Source of the DNA: Nitrospirota bacterium
GTDB taxonomy: Bacteria > Nitrospirota > UBA9217
Assembly (NCBI GenBank): GCA_963751455.1
Contig: CAVVUN010000015.1
Coordinates: forward strand, 896,001-960,000
Direction: 5' to 3'
Length of the DNA: 64,000 nucleotides
In this document: positions 1 to 10,265 of the stretch, piece after piece
How the letters are laid out: every line of letters starts with the position of its first letter
Numbering within the stretch: position 1 is the first letter of the stretch
Notes under the pieces: generated by a model
What the model saw: only the letters and a program-made list of their open reading frames with translations
Databases searched by the model: none
Told to the model about the DNA's origin: nothing
Made by a program: the position numbers and the translations under genes

Positions 1-2
1 TT

Positions 3-857
3 GCGAAGGTGTGCGATTTTAAAGTCTTCCTGCAGGCTGTGGAACAGGGCGGACAGGTGAAGGGATTCGCGGCGCCGGGCATGGCCGGAATTTCCCGAAA
101 AGAGGTGGACGACCTGACCAACGACGCAAAGGTCTTCGGTGCGAAAGGCCTGGCCTGGATCAAGGTCACGGAAAAGGGGTATGAATCTCCGATCGCTAAG
201 TTCTTTAAAGAAGGGCAGATCGGTCACATCGCCGCAAAGCTCTCGGCAAAGCCCGGCGACCTCATGCTGTTCATTGCCGACAATGTGAAGATCGTGGCTG
301 AGACGCTCGGGTTCCTCAGGCAACTGATTGCCCGGCGGTTGAATATGATCGATGAAACGAAATTCAATTTTCTCTGGGTCACAGATTTTCCGCTCGTCGA
401 GTGGAACCCGGACGAGAAGCGCTACGACGCAATGCATCATCCTTTTACAGCCCCGAGGGATGAGGACCTTGAGTTCATGGAATCAGACCCGCTCAAGGTC
501 AGGGCAAAGGCTTACGACATCGTGCTGAACGGCGCGGAAATAGGCGGAGGCAGCATTCGCATCCATCGTTCTGAAATTCAGTCCAAGATGTTCGGTCTGC
601 TCAACATTGCCGAAGAAGACGCGCGGAAGAAATTCGGCTTTCTGCTCGAAGCTCTCGAGTTCGGCGCTCCGCCTCACGGCGGCCTGGCTTTCGGCCTGGA
701 CCGCTTGACCGCCATCCTGACCGGAGCCACTTCTATCCGCGACGTCATAGCCTTCCCGAAGACCCAGAAGGCGGTCTGCGTCATGACCGAGGCGCCGTCG
801 AAAGTTACTCCCGCACAGCTAAGAGACCTGTCGATAAAGCTTGATATCGTGGAATAA
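3..857 (+). CDS. aspS: Aspartyl-tRNA synthetase, 3' part (gene starts before the window)
   Basis: GAD region plus class II motifs [24 protein letters not shown] and [14 protein letters not shown]. Confidence 0.97.
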   Translation, partial: AKVCDFKVFLQAVEQGGQVKGFAAPGMAGISRKEVDDLTNDAKVFGAKGLAWIKVTEKGYESPIAKFFKEGQIGHIAAKLSAKPGDLMLFIADNVKIVAETLGFLRQLIARRLNMIDETKFNFLWVTDFPLVEWNPDEKRYDAMHHPFTAPRDEDLEFMESDPLKVRAKAYDIVLNGAEIGGGSIRIHRSEIQSKMFGLLNIAEEDARKKFGFLLEALEFGAPPHGGLAFGLDRLTAILTGATSIRDVIAFPKTQKAVCVMTEAPSKVTPAQLRDLSIKLDIVE

Positions 858-973
858 AAGAGAGAAGGGAAATCCTGCAATCCAGAAGACGGGAAAGCGA
901 AAGGCATAAGGAGAAGACTTTAGCCCTCCTCAGTATTCATTCTTAAACAGGCTTGGGACCGTGGAGATCTCGC

Positions 974-1774
974 ATGCTGTATAAAAGGGTCATTTCAGGA
1001 CTGCTGTTTCTTCCCGTTTTCTATTTTGTTACATGGCGCTTGTCGCCGGTATATTTTGTGGCACTGATACTCGTGGCGGCCGTAGCAGGGCAGAACGAGT
1101 TCTACCGGATGGCCCGGGCCAGGGGCAATCAACCGCAGGCGTTTCTCGGTATCGCGCTCGGCGCGCTTCTGGTCCTCGACTTTTATCAACCGCTGATTGC
1201 CGGTGTGGACCAATTCGACATAATCTCGGCCGGCGTACTCGCGATCATCAGTGCGAGGCTGTTCTCACGCCGCCCGGTTGAAGGAGCCGTCGAGGACGTT
1301 TCAGCAACCGTCCTCGGTGTATTCTATGTTGCGCTGTTGTTCGCATTTCAGATAGCGATACGCACGGGATACAACGGACGGCAGTGGATTGTTTTTCTGT
1401 ACTTTGTTATCTGGGCGTCCGATATCGGCGCATATTCCATAGGAATACCCTTCGGCAAACACCGGCTTTATGAAAAAGTGAGCCCGAAGAAAAGCATTGA
1501 GGGATTTATCGGCGCGCTGGCCGCTTCTGCGCTGATGGCGCTCCTCTGCAGAATCTGGTTCATGCCCCCTGTAGGCGTCGCGGAGTCGATCGGAATAGGG
1601 CTTGTTTTAGCCCTGGTCGGCACCGTTGGCGACCTCTCTGAATCGCTGTTCAAACGGTCCGCCGGGGTAAAGGACTCAGGAGCGATAATCCCCGGCCACG
1701 GCGGAATTCTCGACCGCATGGACAGCATGCTTTTTGCGGCTCCGGTGCTGTATTATTACTTGAAGATGAAATAA
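974..1774 (+). CDS. cdsA: Phosphatidate cytidylyltransferase
   Basis: Hydrophobic protein with SPKKSIEG and KDSGAIIPGHGGILDRMDS signature; ATG 974 follows GGAG. Confidence 0.95.
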   Translation: MLYKRVISGLLFLPVFYFVTWRLSPVYFVALILVAAVAGQNEFYRMARARGNQPQAFLGIALGALLVLDFYQPLIAGVDQFDIISAGVLAIISARLFSRRPVEGAVEDVSATVLGVFYVALLFAFQIAIRTGYNGRQWIVFLYFVIWASDIGAYSIGIPFGKHRLYEKVSPKKSIEGFIGALAASALMALLCRIWFMPPVGVAESIGIGLVLALVGTVGDLSESLFKRSAGVKDSGAIIPGHGGILDRMDSMLFAAPVLYYYLKMK

Positions 1775-1784
1775 GGCGAATAAA

Positions 1785-1851
1785 CAGAAGCCAGAAGCCG
1801 GAAGTCAGAAGAAAACATTACTTTTGCCTCCCGATTCCTTTCTCCTGACTC
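1785..1851. repeat. 7-nt-periodic inverted repeat (CAGAAGY arm and CTCCTGA-type arm)
   Basis: cagaagc-cagaagc-cggaagt-cagaag followed by a loosely complementary pyrimidine arm, between cdsA and dxr. Confidence 0.6.
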
Positions 1852-1854
1852 GAC

Positions 1855-3012
1855 ATGGTAAAAAGAATCTCCATACTTGGCTCTACCGGCTCCATAGGAA
1901 AGTCCACGCTTTCGGTTGTCGAACAGTTTCCCGAACGTTTCAAAATCGTCGCTCTGGCAGCGGGAAACAATGTCGAGCTGCTTGAAAGGCAGATCCGAAA
2001 ATTCAGCCCGTCACTGGTTTCCGTTCTGAGCCCTGCATCCGCCGAGGATTTGAAAAAACGGTGCGCGGGTCTCCCGGTCCGGGTCCTCTCCGGAATTGAA
2101 GGCATGATCGAGGTTGCGACCGCACCGGATGCAACCGTTACCGTCTCAGCCATCGTCGGGACGGCCGGTCTTGTACCGACCGTGGCCGCAATTCGTTCCG
2201 GCAAAACCATCGCGCTCGCAAATAAAGAGGTTCTCGTGAGCGCCGGTGAACTGGTTATGGCGGAAAGCCGTTCTTGCGGAGTACGGATACTTCCCGTTGA
2301 CAGCGAGCATAGCGCCATTTTTCAATGCTTGCAGGCAGGCGAGAGCAGGGACATCAGAAAATTAATACTGACGGCATCAGGCGGCCCTTTCAGAAGTTTT
2401 TCAAAAAAAGACATGGAGTCCGCAACACCGGAACAGGCCCTCCGGCATCCCAACTGGAGCATGGGCAGGAAAATTACGATCGATTCAGCAACGCTGATGA
2501 ACAAGGGACTGGAAGTGATCGAAGCGCGCTGGCTCTTCGATATCGAGCCGGAGAGGATCACGGTGCTGGTTCATCCGCAGAGCATCATCCATTCCATGGT
2601 TGAATACACGGACGGAGCGGTGGTAGCGCAGCTCGGCGTGCCGGACATGAAAGGACCTATCGCATACGCCCTTTCATATCCGGAACGGCTCCGGAATGTT
2701 TCACCCGAACTTGATCTCGCGGCTGTCGGCACGCTCACCTTTGAGCAGCCCGACCGGGAACGCTTTCCCTGCCTGGATTATGCATATCAGGCGCTGAAGA
2801 CCGGCGGCAGCCTGCCGGCTGTTCTTTCCGCAGCGAATGAAACCGCGGTAAAATATTTTCTTGACCAAAAAATAGGCTATGCCGATATAGGCAACGTTAT
2901 AAAAAAGACAATAGATGCGCACAAGCCGTATCAGATCAAGGTAGTAGAGGATGTGCTCAAGGCCGATTCTTGGGCCAGGCAGGAAGCAGAAAAAATAATA
3001 GGAAAATGTTAG
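1855..3012 (+). CDS. dxr: 1-deoxy-D-xylulose-5-phosphate reductoisomerase
   Basis: GSTGSIG, LANKE, LPVDSEHSAIFQ, HPNWSMGRKITIDSATLMNKGLE. Confidence 0.98.
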   Translation: MVKRISILGSTGSIGKSTLSVVEQFPERFKIVALAAGNNVELLERQIRKFSPSLVSVLSPASAEDLKKRCAGLPVRVLSGIEGMIEVATAPDATVTVSAIVGTAGLVPTVAAIRSGKTIALANKEVLVSAGELVMAESRSCGVRILPVDSEHSAIFQCLQAGESRDIRKLILTASGGPFRSFSKKDMESATPEQALRHPNWSMGRKITIDSATLMNKGLEVIEARWLFDIEPERITVLVHPQSIIHSMVEYTDGAVVAQLGVPDMKGPIAYALSYPERLRNVSPELDLAAVGTLTFEQPDRERFPCLDYAYQALKTGGSLPAVLSAANETAVKYFLDQKIGYADIGNVIKKTIDAHKPYQIKVVEDVLKADSWARQEAEKIIGKC

Positions 3013-3052
3013 ACTTAAGATTAGAATTCAGACAGAGGGTAGAGGAGAAGGC

Positions 3053-4336
3053 ATGACGCTGATCTATTTTTTGATCGTTATCGGCATTCTCGTGTTCGTC
3101 CACGAGTTCGGTCATTTTATTATGGCTAAACGCGCGGGGGTACGCGTGGAGAAATTCTCGCTCGGCATGGGGCCAAAGCTGTTCGGTTTCAAAAAGGGAG
3201 ATACCGAATACGTTATCTCGGCGCTGCCGCTTGGCGGATACGTGAAGATGGCGGGGGAAAATCCTGATGAGGAGCCCACGGGAGCGCCCGACGAGTTCCA
3301 CTCGAAGACCGTATGGCAGCGGATCAAGATCGCCGTGACCGGACCGCTTACGAATATTCTGCTGGCGTTCATCGTGATGCCGTTCGTATTCATGATCGGT
3401 ACATATTCAGAGGGCCCGGCCAAGGTCGGGTATGTCGAGAAGGATTCCCCTGCCGAGCGGTCCGGATTCGAAGCCGGAGACATGATCGTAAAGATTGACG
3501 GAAGACGTATTGACGACTGGATAAAAGCCTTGTCCCTGATCGCTGTAAACCCGGGAACCGACGTTACCGTCACGGTCGAACGGAGTGGAGAACTAAAAAA
3601 ACTGATACTCAGGCCGGAAGCGGCCACGGACCTCAAGATCGGCACCTCGGGTCTTGTGCCGGATATGCCGGCGGAGGTCGGCAGACTGAAGCCGGGGTTC
3701 CCCGCCGAGAAGGCAGGACTCAAAATTAACGACAAAGTGATTGCAGTAGACGAAAAGACCGTGTTTCACTGGAACCAGTTTTCGGCGCTGGTCCGCGACA
3801 GCAAGGGTAAGAAACTGACGCTTACCGTCGAACGCGACGGGAAACGGATGCAAATCCCGGTTGTGCCCGCCGAAGACGGAGGACGGTTCGTCATCGGCGT
3901 CGAGCCCATCCTCAGGATGGTATTCAAGAAACACGGGTTTTTCGAGTCACTGCAGTTGGGGTTTGACAAGACGCTGGAGGCCATAGACCTCACGTACATT
4001 ACGCTTCAAAAACTTCTAACGTTCAATCTCTCAATAAAAACGCTTGGCGGTCCGGTCATGATAGCGCAGATGTCGGGCCAGGCAGCCGCGGCCGGGCTCT
4101 CGGCCTTTCTCTCGCTTCTCGCCATGATCAGCATATCTCTCGGGCTCCTGAACCTGCTCCCCATCCCGATCCTCGACGGCGGCATGGTGTTGTTCCTGAT
4201 TATAGAGGCGGTCCGCAAAAAGCCGCTGGCTCGCAGGACCATGGAAATCGCGCAGAGCATCGGAGCGGCCGTGCTGATCAGTCTGATCGCCGTCGTTTCC
4301 TATAACGACATCATGAGAATGTTCTTCAGCAAATAA
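3053..4336 (+). CDS. rseP: RIP metalloprotease RseP (M50, two PDZ domains)
   Basis: HEFGH, two PDZ domains, NLLPIPILDGG; follows dxr. Confidence 0.97.
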   Translation: MTLIYFLIVIGILVFVHEFGHFIMAKRAGVRVEKFSLGMGPKLFGFKKGDTEYVISALPLGGYVKMAGENPDEEPTGAPDEFHSKTVWQRIKIAVTGPLTNILLAFIVMPFVFMIGTYSEGPAKVGYVEKDSPAERSGFEAGDMIVKIDGRRIDDWIKALSLIAVNPGTDVTVTVERSGELKKLILRPEAATDLKIGTSGLVPDMPAEVGRLKPGFPAEKAGLKINDKVIAVDEKTVFHWNQFSALVRDSKGKKLTLTVERDGKRMQIPVVPAEDGGRFVIGVEPILRMVFKKHGFFESLQLGFDKTLEAIDLTYITLQKLLTFNLSIKTLGGPVMIAQMSGQAAAAGLSAFLSLLAMISISLGLLNLLPIPILDGGMVLFLIIEAVRKKPLARRTMEIAQSIGAAVLISLIAVVSYNDIMRMFFSK

Positions 4337-4343
4337 TAAATTC

Positions 4344-4435
4344 CGCCACGAAGGCGCTAAGGCACGAAGAATTGGTTTGTTAAATAAAGATTCTTCGTCT
4401 TTTTCGTTTCTTCGGGTCTTCGTGTCTTTGTGGCG
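4344..4435. repeat. 8-nt-periodic inverted repeat element
   Basis: cgccacgaaggcgctaaggcacgaag ... cttcgggtcttcgtgtctttgtggcg. Confidence 0.75.
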
Positions 4436-4464
4436 ATTCCCTTGGTTGTGGATTTTTCATAACG

Positions 4465-5547
4465 ATGAGCAACACCATTCCCCGAAAAAAAACAAAACAA
4501 ATCACCGTGAGAGGCGTGAAGATCGGCGGCGGAGCGCCCGTCGCGGTCCAATCCATGTGCAACACGGATACGCGCGACGTGCCGAAGACCATCCAGCAGA
4601 TCGGCCGACTGGAGCAGGCCGGCTGTGAAATCGTGCGACTTGCCGTGCCCGACATGGATGCGGCAAAAGCGATCCATAAAATCAGGCAACACGTTCATAT
4701 TCCTCTGATCGCCGACATACACTTCGACTACCGTCTGGCAATCGAGGCAGTGAAGCAGGGCATCGACGGCCTCAGGATCAATCCAGGAAATATCGGGGGC
4801 AGGGACAAGGTTTCCGAAGTAGTGCGCGCATGCAAAGACAGGGGCATTCCTATCAGGATCGGAGTAAACGCGGGATCGCTCGAAAAGCCTCTTCTCGAAA
4901 AGTACGGGCATCCCGCGCCCGAGGCTATCGTCGAGAGCGCGTTTGGACATATCCGCATCCTTGAAGACCTGAATTTTACGGACGTGAAGGCTTCGCTCAA
5001 GGCATCCGACGTGCTGACCACCGTTGCATCCTATCGTCTCTTTTCGCAACAGTCCGACTATCCGCTTCATATCGGCATCTCCGAGGCCGGTACGATCTTT
5101 TCCGGCACAATCAAATCGAGCGTCGGCCTGGGTATTCTTCTTTCCGAGGGCATCGGCGACACGATGCGTGTTTCGCTCACCGCGGACCCGGTGGAAGAAG
5201 TACGGGTCTCGTACGAAATACTCAAGTCGCTCAAAATCAGGCAGCGCGGAATAAACCTCATCTCCTGTCCGACCTGTGGAAGGACCGAGATCGACATCAT
5301 AGGCCTTGCGCAGGAAGTCGAGCGTCGGCTCGCGCATATCAAAGAACCGATCACCGTCGCGGTCATGGGCTGCGTGGTGAACGGTCCGGGCGAGGCGCGC
5401 GAAGCTGACGCGGGCATTGCGGGAGGCAAGGGCACGGGTCTTCTGTTTAAGTGCGGTGAGATCGTAAAGAAGCTTCCTGAAGCGGAGCTCGCCGATGCGC
5501 TCGTGAAGGAAGTTGAAGAAATCGTTGCGAAAAGCAGAAGACAGTAG
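4465..5547 (+). CDS. ispG: HMBPP synthase
   Basis: VQSMCNT, IADIHFD, RINPGNIG, ISCPTCGR, VMGCVVNGPGEA. Confidence 0.98.
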   Translation: MSNTIPRKKTKQITVRGVKIGGGAPVAVQSMCNTDTRDVPKTIQQIGRLEQAGCEIVRLAVPDMDAAKAIHKIRQHVHIPLIADIHFDYRLAIEAVKQGIDGLRINPGNIGGRDKVSEVVRACKDRGIPIRIGVNAGSLEKPLLEKYGHPAPEAIVESAFGHIRILEDLNFTDVKASLKASDVLTTVASYRLFSQQSDYPLHIGISEAGTIFSGTIKSSVGLGILLSEGIGDTMRVSLTADPVEEVRVSYEILKSLKIRQRGINLISCPTCGRTEIDIIGLAQEVERRLAHIKEPITVAVMGCVVNGPGEAREADAGIAGGKGTGLLFKCGEIVKKLPEAELADALVKEVEEIVAKSRRQ

Positions 5548-5618
5548 ACAGAAGTCAGGAGTCAGAAGTGGAGTACCATGCCTTTTTCCCTGACTCCTGT
5601 CTCCTGAATTCTGTATTC
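5535..5618. repeat. 7-nt-periodic inverted repeat overlapping the ispG stop codon
   Basis: cagaaga-cagtaga-cagaagt-caggagt-cagaag ... ctgactc-ctgtctc-ctgaatt-ctgtatt. Confidence 0.75.
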
Positions 5619-5631
5619 CCAGGAGGTTTTC

Positions 5632-7320
5632 ATGCGTTATTCACATCTCTTCATCCCGACATTGAAAGAGGCGCCGTCCGAAGCCGAAGCGGTTTCGCAC
5701 AAGCTGATGGTGCGCGCCGGGTACGTGCGGCAGCTTGCAGCGGGCTTGTATATGTACCTCCCGCTCGGCCAGCGGGTGATGAACAAGATCAACCAGATCA
5801 TACGGGAAGAGATGAACGCCATAGGCGGCCAGGAAGTCACGATGCCGGTCCTGAACCCTGCCGAGGTCTGGCAGCAGACCGGACGATGGGATGCGATCGG
5901 CAACGAGATGTTCCGCCTGAAGGACCGGGGCGACCGGGATATGTGTCTTGCGATGACACACGAAGAGACGATGACGTGGCTTGCGGCCCATGACCTTCGC
6001 TCCTACCGGGACCTGCCCCAGATCTGGTACCAGATCCAGACCAAGCTCAGGGACGAGGCCCGGCCCAAGAGCGGGATACTCAGGACCCGCGAGTTCACCA
6101 TGAAGGACTCATACAGCTTCGATTGTGATGAAGAGGGACTCGACAAGTCATATCAGCTTCATCTCGAAGCATATAAAAAGATCTATTCACGATGCGGCAT
6201 CAAGTTCCACGTCGTCCAGAGCGATACGGGAATGATGGGCGGCTCAATGGCACACGAGTACATGGCGCCGTCGCCCGCGGGCGAGGACCTGGTTGCGCTC
6301 TGCGACAACTGCGGGTACGCGGCCAACGTGGAACTCGCGTTGTCGGCTCCGAAGAGTCCTGATTTTCCGGACTGGAAGTATGAGGAAATTTCTACGCCGG
6401 AAAAACGGACCATCGAGGAAGTGACCCGTTTCCTGAAAGTGAAACCCGAGCTCCTGATCAAGTCCATTCTGGTAATAAGCGAGCAGGGACCTGTGCTTGC
6501 GCTCGTGCGCGGGGACCAGACCCTGCATGAGAAGAAACTCGCTAAGCTTATCGGTCCCCATCGTCCCGCATTGAAGGAGGAAGTAAAGGAGCACCTGGGT
6601 GTACCCGCGGGCTTCATCGGACCTATGGGGCATACCATCAGGAAGATCGCCGATCCGGTCCTGAAGGAGGGAATCTATGCGGCCGGCGCGAACAAGGAAG
6701 GCTATCATGTGAAAGGAGTGCGTGCGGGTCGGGATTTCGAGGCGGAATTTGCCGATATTCACTTCGCGTCCGAAGGCGATGCCTGCGTTCAATGCGGAAA
6801 GCCGCTGCGCATCGAGCGCGTGATCGAGATCGGGAATATCTTTAAGCTCGGCGCCAAATACTCGGTTCCGCTCAAGGCAAACTATCTTGACGAAAACGGC
6901 CTGGAGAAGCCGATCATCATGGGTAGTTACGGCATCGGCCCGGCGCGCATCGCGGCCGCAGCCGTGGAGCAGGGCAATGATGAGAACGGCATGATCTGGC
7001 CGCTCACTATCGCGCCATACCAGGTAATGGTACTGCCCGTCAACGTCAGAGACCCGAAGTCCATGGACATTGCCGAAGAAATGCATACCGCACTCGAGGA
7101 AAAAGGTTTCGAGGTCCTGATGGACGACCGGGACGAACGCGCGGGCATCAAGTTCAAGGATGCGGACCTTATCGGCATTCCCTACCGCGTTATTATCGGA
7201 GAGAAAAACCTGAAAGACGGCCTCGTTGAAGTCAAAGAGCGGAAAACCGGCCGCATCGAAAAGGTCAAACTTGAAGAGGCCATCGAAAAAATAACGAAGA
7301 CCCTGCTGCTGGAAATATAA
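5632..7320 (+). CDS. proS: Prolyl-tRNA synthetase (with INS editing domain)
   Basis: SHKLMVRAG, THEE, RDEARPKSGILRTREFTMKDSYS, MGSYGIG, DDRDERAGIKFKDADLIG; RBS AGGAGG. Confidence 0.98.
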   Translation: MRYSHLFIPTLKEAPSEAEAVSHKLMVRAGYVRQLAAGLYMYLPLGQRVMNKINQIIREEMNAIGGQEVTMPVLNPAEVWQQTGRWDAIGNEMFRLKDRGDRDMCLAMTHEETMTWLAAHDLRSYRDLPQIWYQIQTKLRDEARPKSGILRTREFTMKDSYSFDCDEEGLDKSYQLHLEAYKKIYSRCGIKFHVVQSDTGMMGGSMAHEYMAPSPAGEDLVALCDNCGYAANVELALSAPKSPDFPDWKYEEISTPEKRTIEEVTRFLKVKPELLIKSILVISEQGPVLALVRGDQTLHEKKLAKLIGPHRPALKEEVKEHLGVPAGFIGPMGHTIRKIADPVLKEGIYAAGANKEGYHVKGVRAGRDFEAEFADIHFASEGDACVQCGKPLRIERVIEIGNIFKLGAKYSVPLKANYLDENGLEKPIIMGSYGIGPARIAAAAVEQGNDENGMIWPLTIAPYQVMVLPVNVRDPKSMDIAEEMHTALEEKGFEVLMDDRDERAGIKFKDADLIGIPYRVIIGEKNLKDGLVEVKERKTGRIEKVKLEEAIEKITKTLLLEI

Positions 7321-7435
7321 GGAGAGGGCAGCCGCACCCGTCTGCGGCCGCATCAACGGCTTGAAAACCGGATTTGGAAGGCTTGAACAGATAATTATAG
7401 TTGGTCAAAAACGTTGATGCTACCCAAAAAAGGCC

Positions 7436-7464
7436 TTGAATTTAAGTTTTAAAGATTCTATAAT
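7436..7464 (+). promoter_or_regulatory. sigma70-type promoter
   Basis: TTGAAT-17 nt-TATAAT upstream of the 7489 ORF. Confidence 0.65.
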
Positions 7465-7488
7465 TCTTTTTTATGGAGGGTATCGTCA

Positions 7489-7716
7489 ATGGAAGAGATT
7501 GTCAAACTAGCCCTGACCGCCCAGCAGACAGCCGACATTAAAAAGCAGATCGGCTTTGAGCTTCGTGAAATCTATCTGACGAAGCGTTCTCTCAACAAGC
7601 TTCGCGTGTTCCGGCTTCGCCTCAATGAGGAACAGCAGCAGGTGTTGGAAGAGCAGCTCGGCCAGAAAGTGCGTGAACTGACGGTGACCCGTTCGGTGGC
7701 AACGAGGATTCTGTAA
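7489..7716 (+). CDS. Small hypothetical protein with an internal two-fold repeat
   Basis: GGAGG RBS, own promoter, 75 aa. Confidence 0.75.
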   Translation: MEEIVKLALTAQQTADIKKQIGFELREIYLTKRSLNKLRVFRLRLNEEQQQVLEEQLGQKVRELTVTRSVATRIL

Positions 7717-7791
7717 ACCCGATATACGTCACTTGTTTTGTTTTTTTCTCTATTTATTTTTTCTATCTTTCCTGAAAGGAGGTGAATATCG

Positions 7792-7983
7792 TTGAAAAAA
7801 TTTATCGGTATCATATCGGCCCTGATATTTGTATTCACCGTCGCTCTCGTCGGCTGCGAAAAAAAGGCTGAGCAGCCAAAAGCCGAACAGCCTGCAATGG
7901 CACCCGTAACCCCGGCGCCCGCGCCCGAGCCGGCACCTGCACCCGCACCCGCTCCGGCGCCCTCAAAACCGGCTAAGAAATAG
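7792..7983 (+). CDS. Small Pro/Ala-rich lipoprotein
   Basis: AAGGAGG RBS, TTG start, signal peptide with lipobox LVGC, (AP)n tail. Confidence 0.85.
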   Translation: MKKFIGIISALIFVFTVALVGCEKKAEQPKAEQPAMAPVTPAPAPEPAPAPAPAPAPSKPAKK

Positions 7984-8013
7984 TTTAATGAGTTCCATGA
8001 GGCACACAATCAT

Positions 8014-8043
8014 GAGGCCCCCCTTTGAGGGGGCCTTTTATTT
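8014..8043 (+). terminator. Rho-independent terminator
   Basis: aggccccc-ctttga-gggggcct stem-loop followed by tttattt. Confidence 0.8.
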
Positions 8044-8151
8044 GGAATTTACGGCATCTTTATTCTGAAAAAGGCATATTCGGAAACCGCGTTGCGAAAT
8101 GTCCAAAGAGCTTAAAATACGGTGTACACCGGCAACTATTAAAAGGGCAGT

Positions 8152-9948
8152 ATGACAAAACTCACGACAGACCTTCTGTGCGAAATTCTTCTTAAGGCGG
8201 GAAAGATATCCCCTGAACAGGCCAAAGAGATCAAAGTGAAGCAGGACGTTCAGCGGATGAAGCTGCTTAAGGCCAGAGGGGAGAAGCTGCACCGGGGCAG
8301 GATGAATATTGAGGAGGAAGTGTCGGCAATCGAAGTAGTTGCTTCGCTGAACTTCGAGTCGCCCGGCGCGCCCGGCCGGCACCTGACTGAGGACATCGTT
8401 ACCGAGACGGTGGCCGGGCATGTCGGGCTGCCGTTTAAAAAGATCGATCCCCTCAAACTAAACCCGGAAGTCACTACCCAGATCCTTTCACGCGCGTTCG
8501 CGCGCAGGACGGTTTCGGTGCCGATCGGCAGAGATGACGAAACCCTCACGCTTGCGGTAGCCGACCCCTACAACATAGAAGTCCTCGAGAACATCGAGCG
8601 GATGGGCTACCGGGTTTCCCGAGTGGTTGCGCCGAAGACGGACATTCTGAAGATCATCACCGAATTCTACGGCTTCCGCTCCTCGGTCAGCGCTGCAGCA
8701 AAGGAAATATCGTCCGACGTGGATCTGGGCAATCTCGAGCAGTTCGTGAAGATGAAGTCGGTGACCGAGATCGAGGCTACAGACAAGCACATCGTCAATG
8801 CAGTTGAGTTCCTCTTCCGCTATGCGTTTGACCAGCGTGCAAGCGACATTCATGTCGAGCCGAAGCGTGAAGTCAGCGAGGTGCGATTGAGGATCGACGG
8901 CATGCTCCATACGATTCATACTATCCCCAAGGCCGTGCATCCGGCATTCGTATCGCGCGTGAAAATGCTTTCCCGCATGGACATTGCGGAAAAAAGACGG
9001 CCTCAGGACGGCAGGATCAAGACCGAATACAAGGGCCGCGAAGTCGAACTGCGCGTCTCAACGATGCCGATCGCGTTCGGGGAAAAAATCGTGATCAGGA
9101 TCTTCGATCCGGACATCCTTCTCCAGGGCCTTGAAGAAATCGGGTTTGAGCCGCGCGAGTACGAGCTCTTCCGCTCGTTCATCGCCAGGCCCCACGGGAT
9201 TGTACTGGTGACCGGACCGACAGGAAGCGGCAAAACAACGACCCTGTACTCCGCCCTCAAGACCGTAGCAACGCCCGAGGTGAATGTTATTACGATTGAA
9301 GACCCGGTGGAAATGATCCATGAACGGTTCAATCAGGTAAGCGTCCAGCCGCAGATCGGCGTTACGTTCGGAAGCACGCTCAGGACGGTATTGCGCCAGG
9401 ACCCGGACATCATCATGGTCGGCGAGATCCGCGACCTCGAGACAGCGGAAAACGCGGTTCAGGCAGCGCTCACAGGCCACCTGGTTTTTTCAACACTCCA
9501 CACGAACGACGCTCCGAGCTCGGTCACCAGGCTGCTCGATCTCGGGATGGCCCCGTATCTTATATCGTCCACGGTCATCGGCGTGATGGCCCAGCGGCTT
9601 GTCCGCAAGATTTGCAAGCACTGCGAAAAGAGCTATGAACTGCTGCCTGAAGAGGCGCAGGCTGTGGGCCTCGCTTCAGACAAGACCCGAAAGGTGCTCG
9701 TAAAATACGGCGAGGGGTGTCCGCAATGCAGGGGGACAGGCTATATGGGCCGGACCGGGGTGTTCGAGGTAATGGAAATAAATGACCGGATCCGTGCCAT
9801 ACTCAGAGACAAGGCGGACGCGGAACTTATTAAGCAAGCCGCCGTTGCGGACGGCATGACAGTGCTGCGCCAGGCAGCAGTCCGCAAAATGCTTATCGGA
9901 GAGACCACCCTGGATGAAGTCATACGAGTGACGGGTGAAAAGATGTAA
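8152..9948 (+). CDS. GspE/PilB-family secretion ATPase (stand-alone)
   Basis: Walker A GPTGSGKT, TIEDPVE, LRQDPDIIMVGEIRD, two CxxC pairs. Confidence 0.92.
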   Translation: MTKLTTDLLCEILLKAGKISPEQAKEIKVKQDVQRMKLLKARGEKLHRGRMNIEEEVSAIEVVASLNFESPGAPGRHLTEDIVTETVAGHVGLPFKKIDPLKLNPEVTTQILSRAFARRTVSVPIGRDDETLTLAVADPYNIEVLENIERMGYRVSRVVAPKTDILKIITEFYGFRSSVSAAAKEISSDVDLGNLEQFVKMKSVTEIEATDKHIVNAVEFLFRYAFDQRASDIHVEPKREVSEVRLRIDGMLHTIHTIPKAVHPAFVSRVKMLSRMDIAEKRRPQDGRIKTEYKGREVELRVSTMPIAFGEKIVIRIFDPDILLQGLEEIGFEPREYELFRSFIARPHGIVLVTGPTGSGKTTTLYSALKTVATPEVNVITIEDPVEMIHERFNQVSVQPQIGVTFGSTLRTVLRQDPDIIMVGEIRDLETAENAVQAALTGHLVFSTLHTNDAPSSVTRLLDLGMAPYLISSTVIGVMAQRLVRKICKHCEKSYELLPEEAQAVGLASDKTRKVLVKYGEGCPQCRGTGYMGRTGVFEVMEINDRIRAILRDKADAELIKQAAVADGMTVLRQAAVRKMLIGETTLDEVIRVTGEKM

Positions 9949-9992
9949 AATAAAGTGCAAGTGCAAAGTAGAGTAAACCTGAGAAGAATATT

Positions 9993-10126
9993 TGATGAAA
10001 TCGTAAAAAGTCTTTTTATAGCCACAGAGGTCACAGCGGTCTCCGAGGAAGGCTCAAGTTTTTAAGGTGTAACTCTGTGCTCTCTGTGTACTCTGTGGCA
10101 AATCCGGTCTTTTTACGAATCTGTCA
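9993..10126. mobile_element. MITE A with TGATGnnnTCGTAAAAAG terminal inverted repeats, flanked by TATT
   Basis: tgatgaaatcgtaaaaagtc ... gtctttttacgaatctgtca; TATT at 9989-9992 and 10127-10130; internal 9-nt-periodic inverted repeat (gccacagagg ... ctctgtggc). Confidence 0.75.
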
Positions 10127-10130
10127 TATT

Positions 10131-10264
10131 TGATGATCTCGTAAAAAGTCGTCTCCCCGGTGAAAACCGGGGTCCAGTGGTTATCGAACTTATTGAAAAG
10201 ACTGATACCGGCGTTCGCCGGTATGACGAAATTGGGTGTTTTCTGACTTCTTACGAATGCATCA
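10131..10264. mobile_element. MITE B, same TIR family, carrying a pair of REP/dRS3-like palindromes
   Basis: tgatgatctcgtaaaaagtc ... gacttcttacgaatgcatca; internal ccccggtgaaaaccgggg and ataccggcgttcgccggtat hairpins. Confidence 0.75.
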
Positions 10265-10265
10265 T

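Noticed and set aside
858-973. Missing uppS/frr before cdsA
   Set aside because: Only a gene-order difference; no remnant is visible and the genes may lie elsewhere.
7900-7965. Possible DNA tandem repeat in the lipoprotein gene
   Set aside because: Codons vary, so it reflects an ordinary (Ala-Pro)n protein linker.
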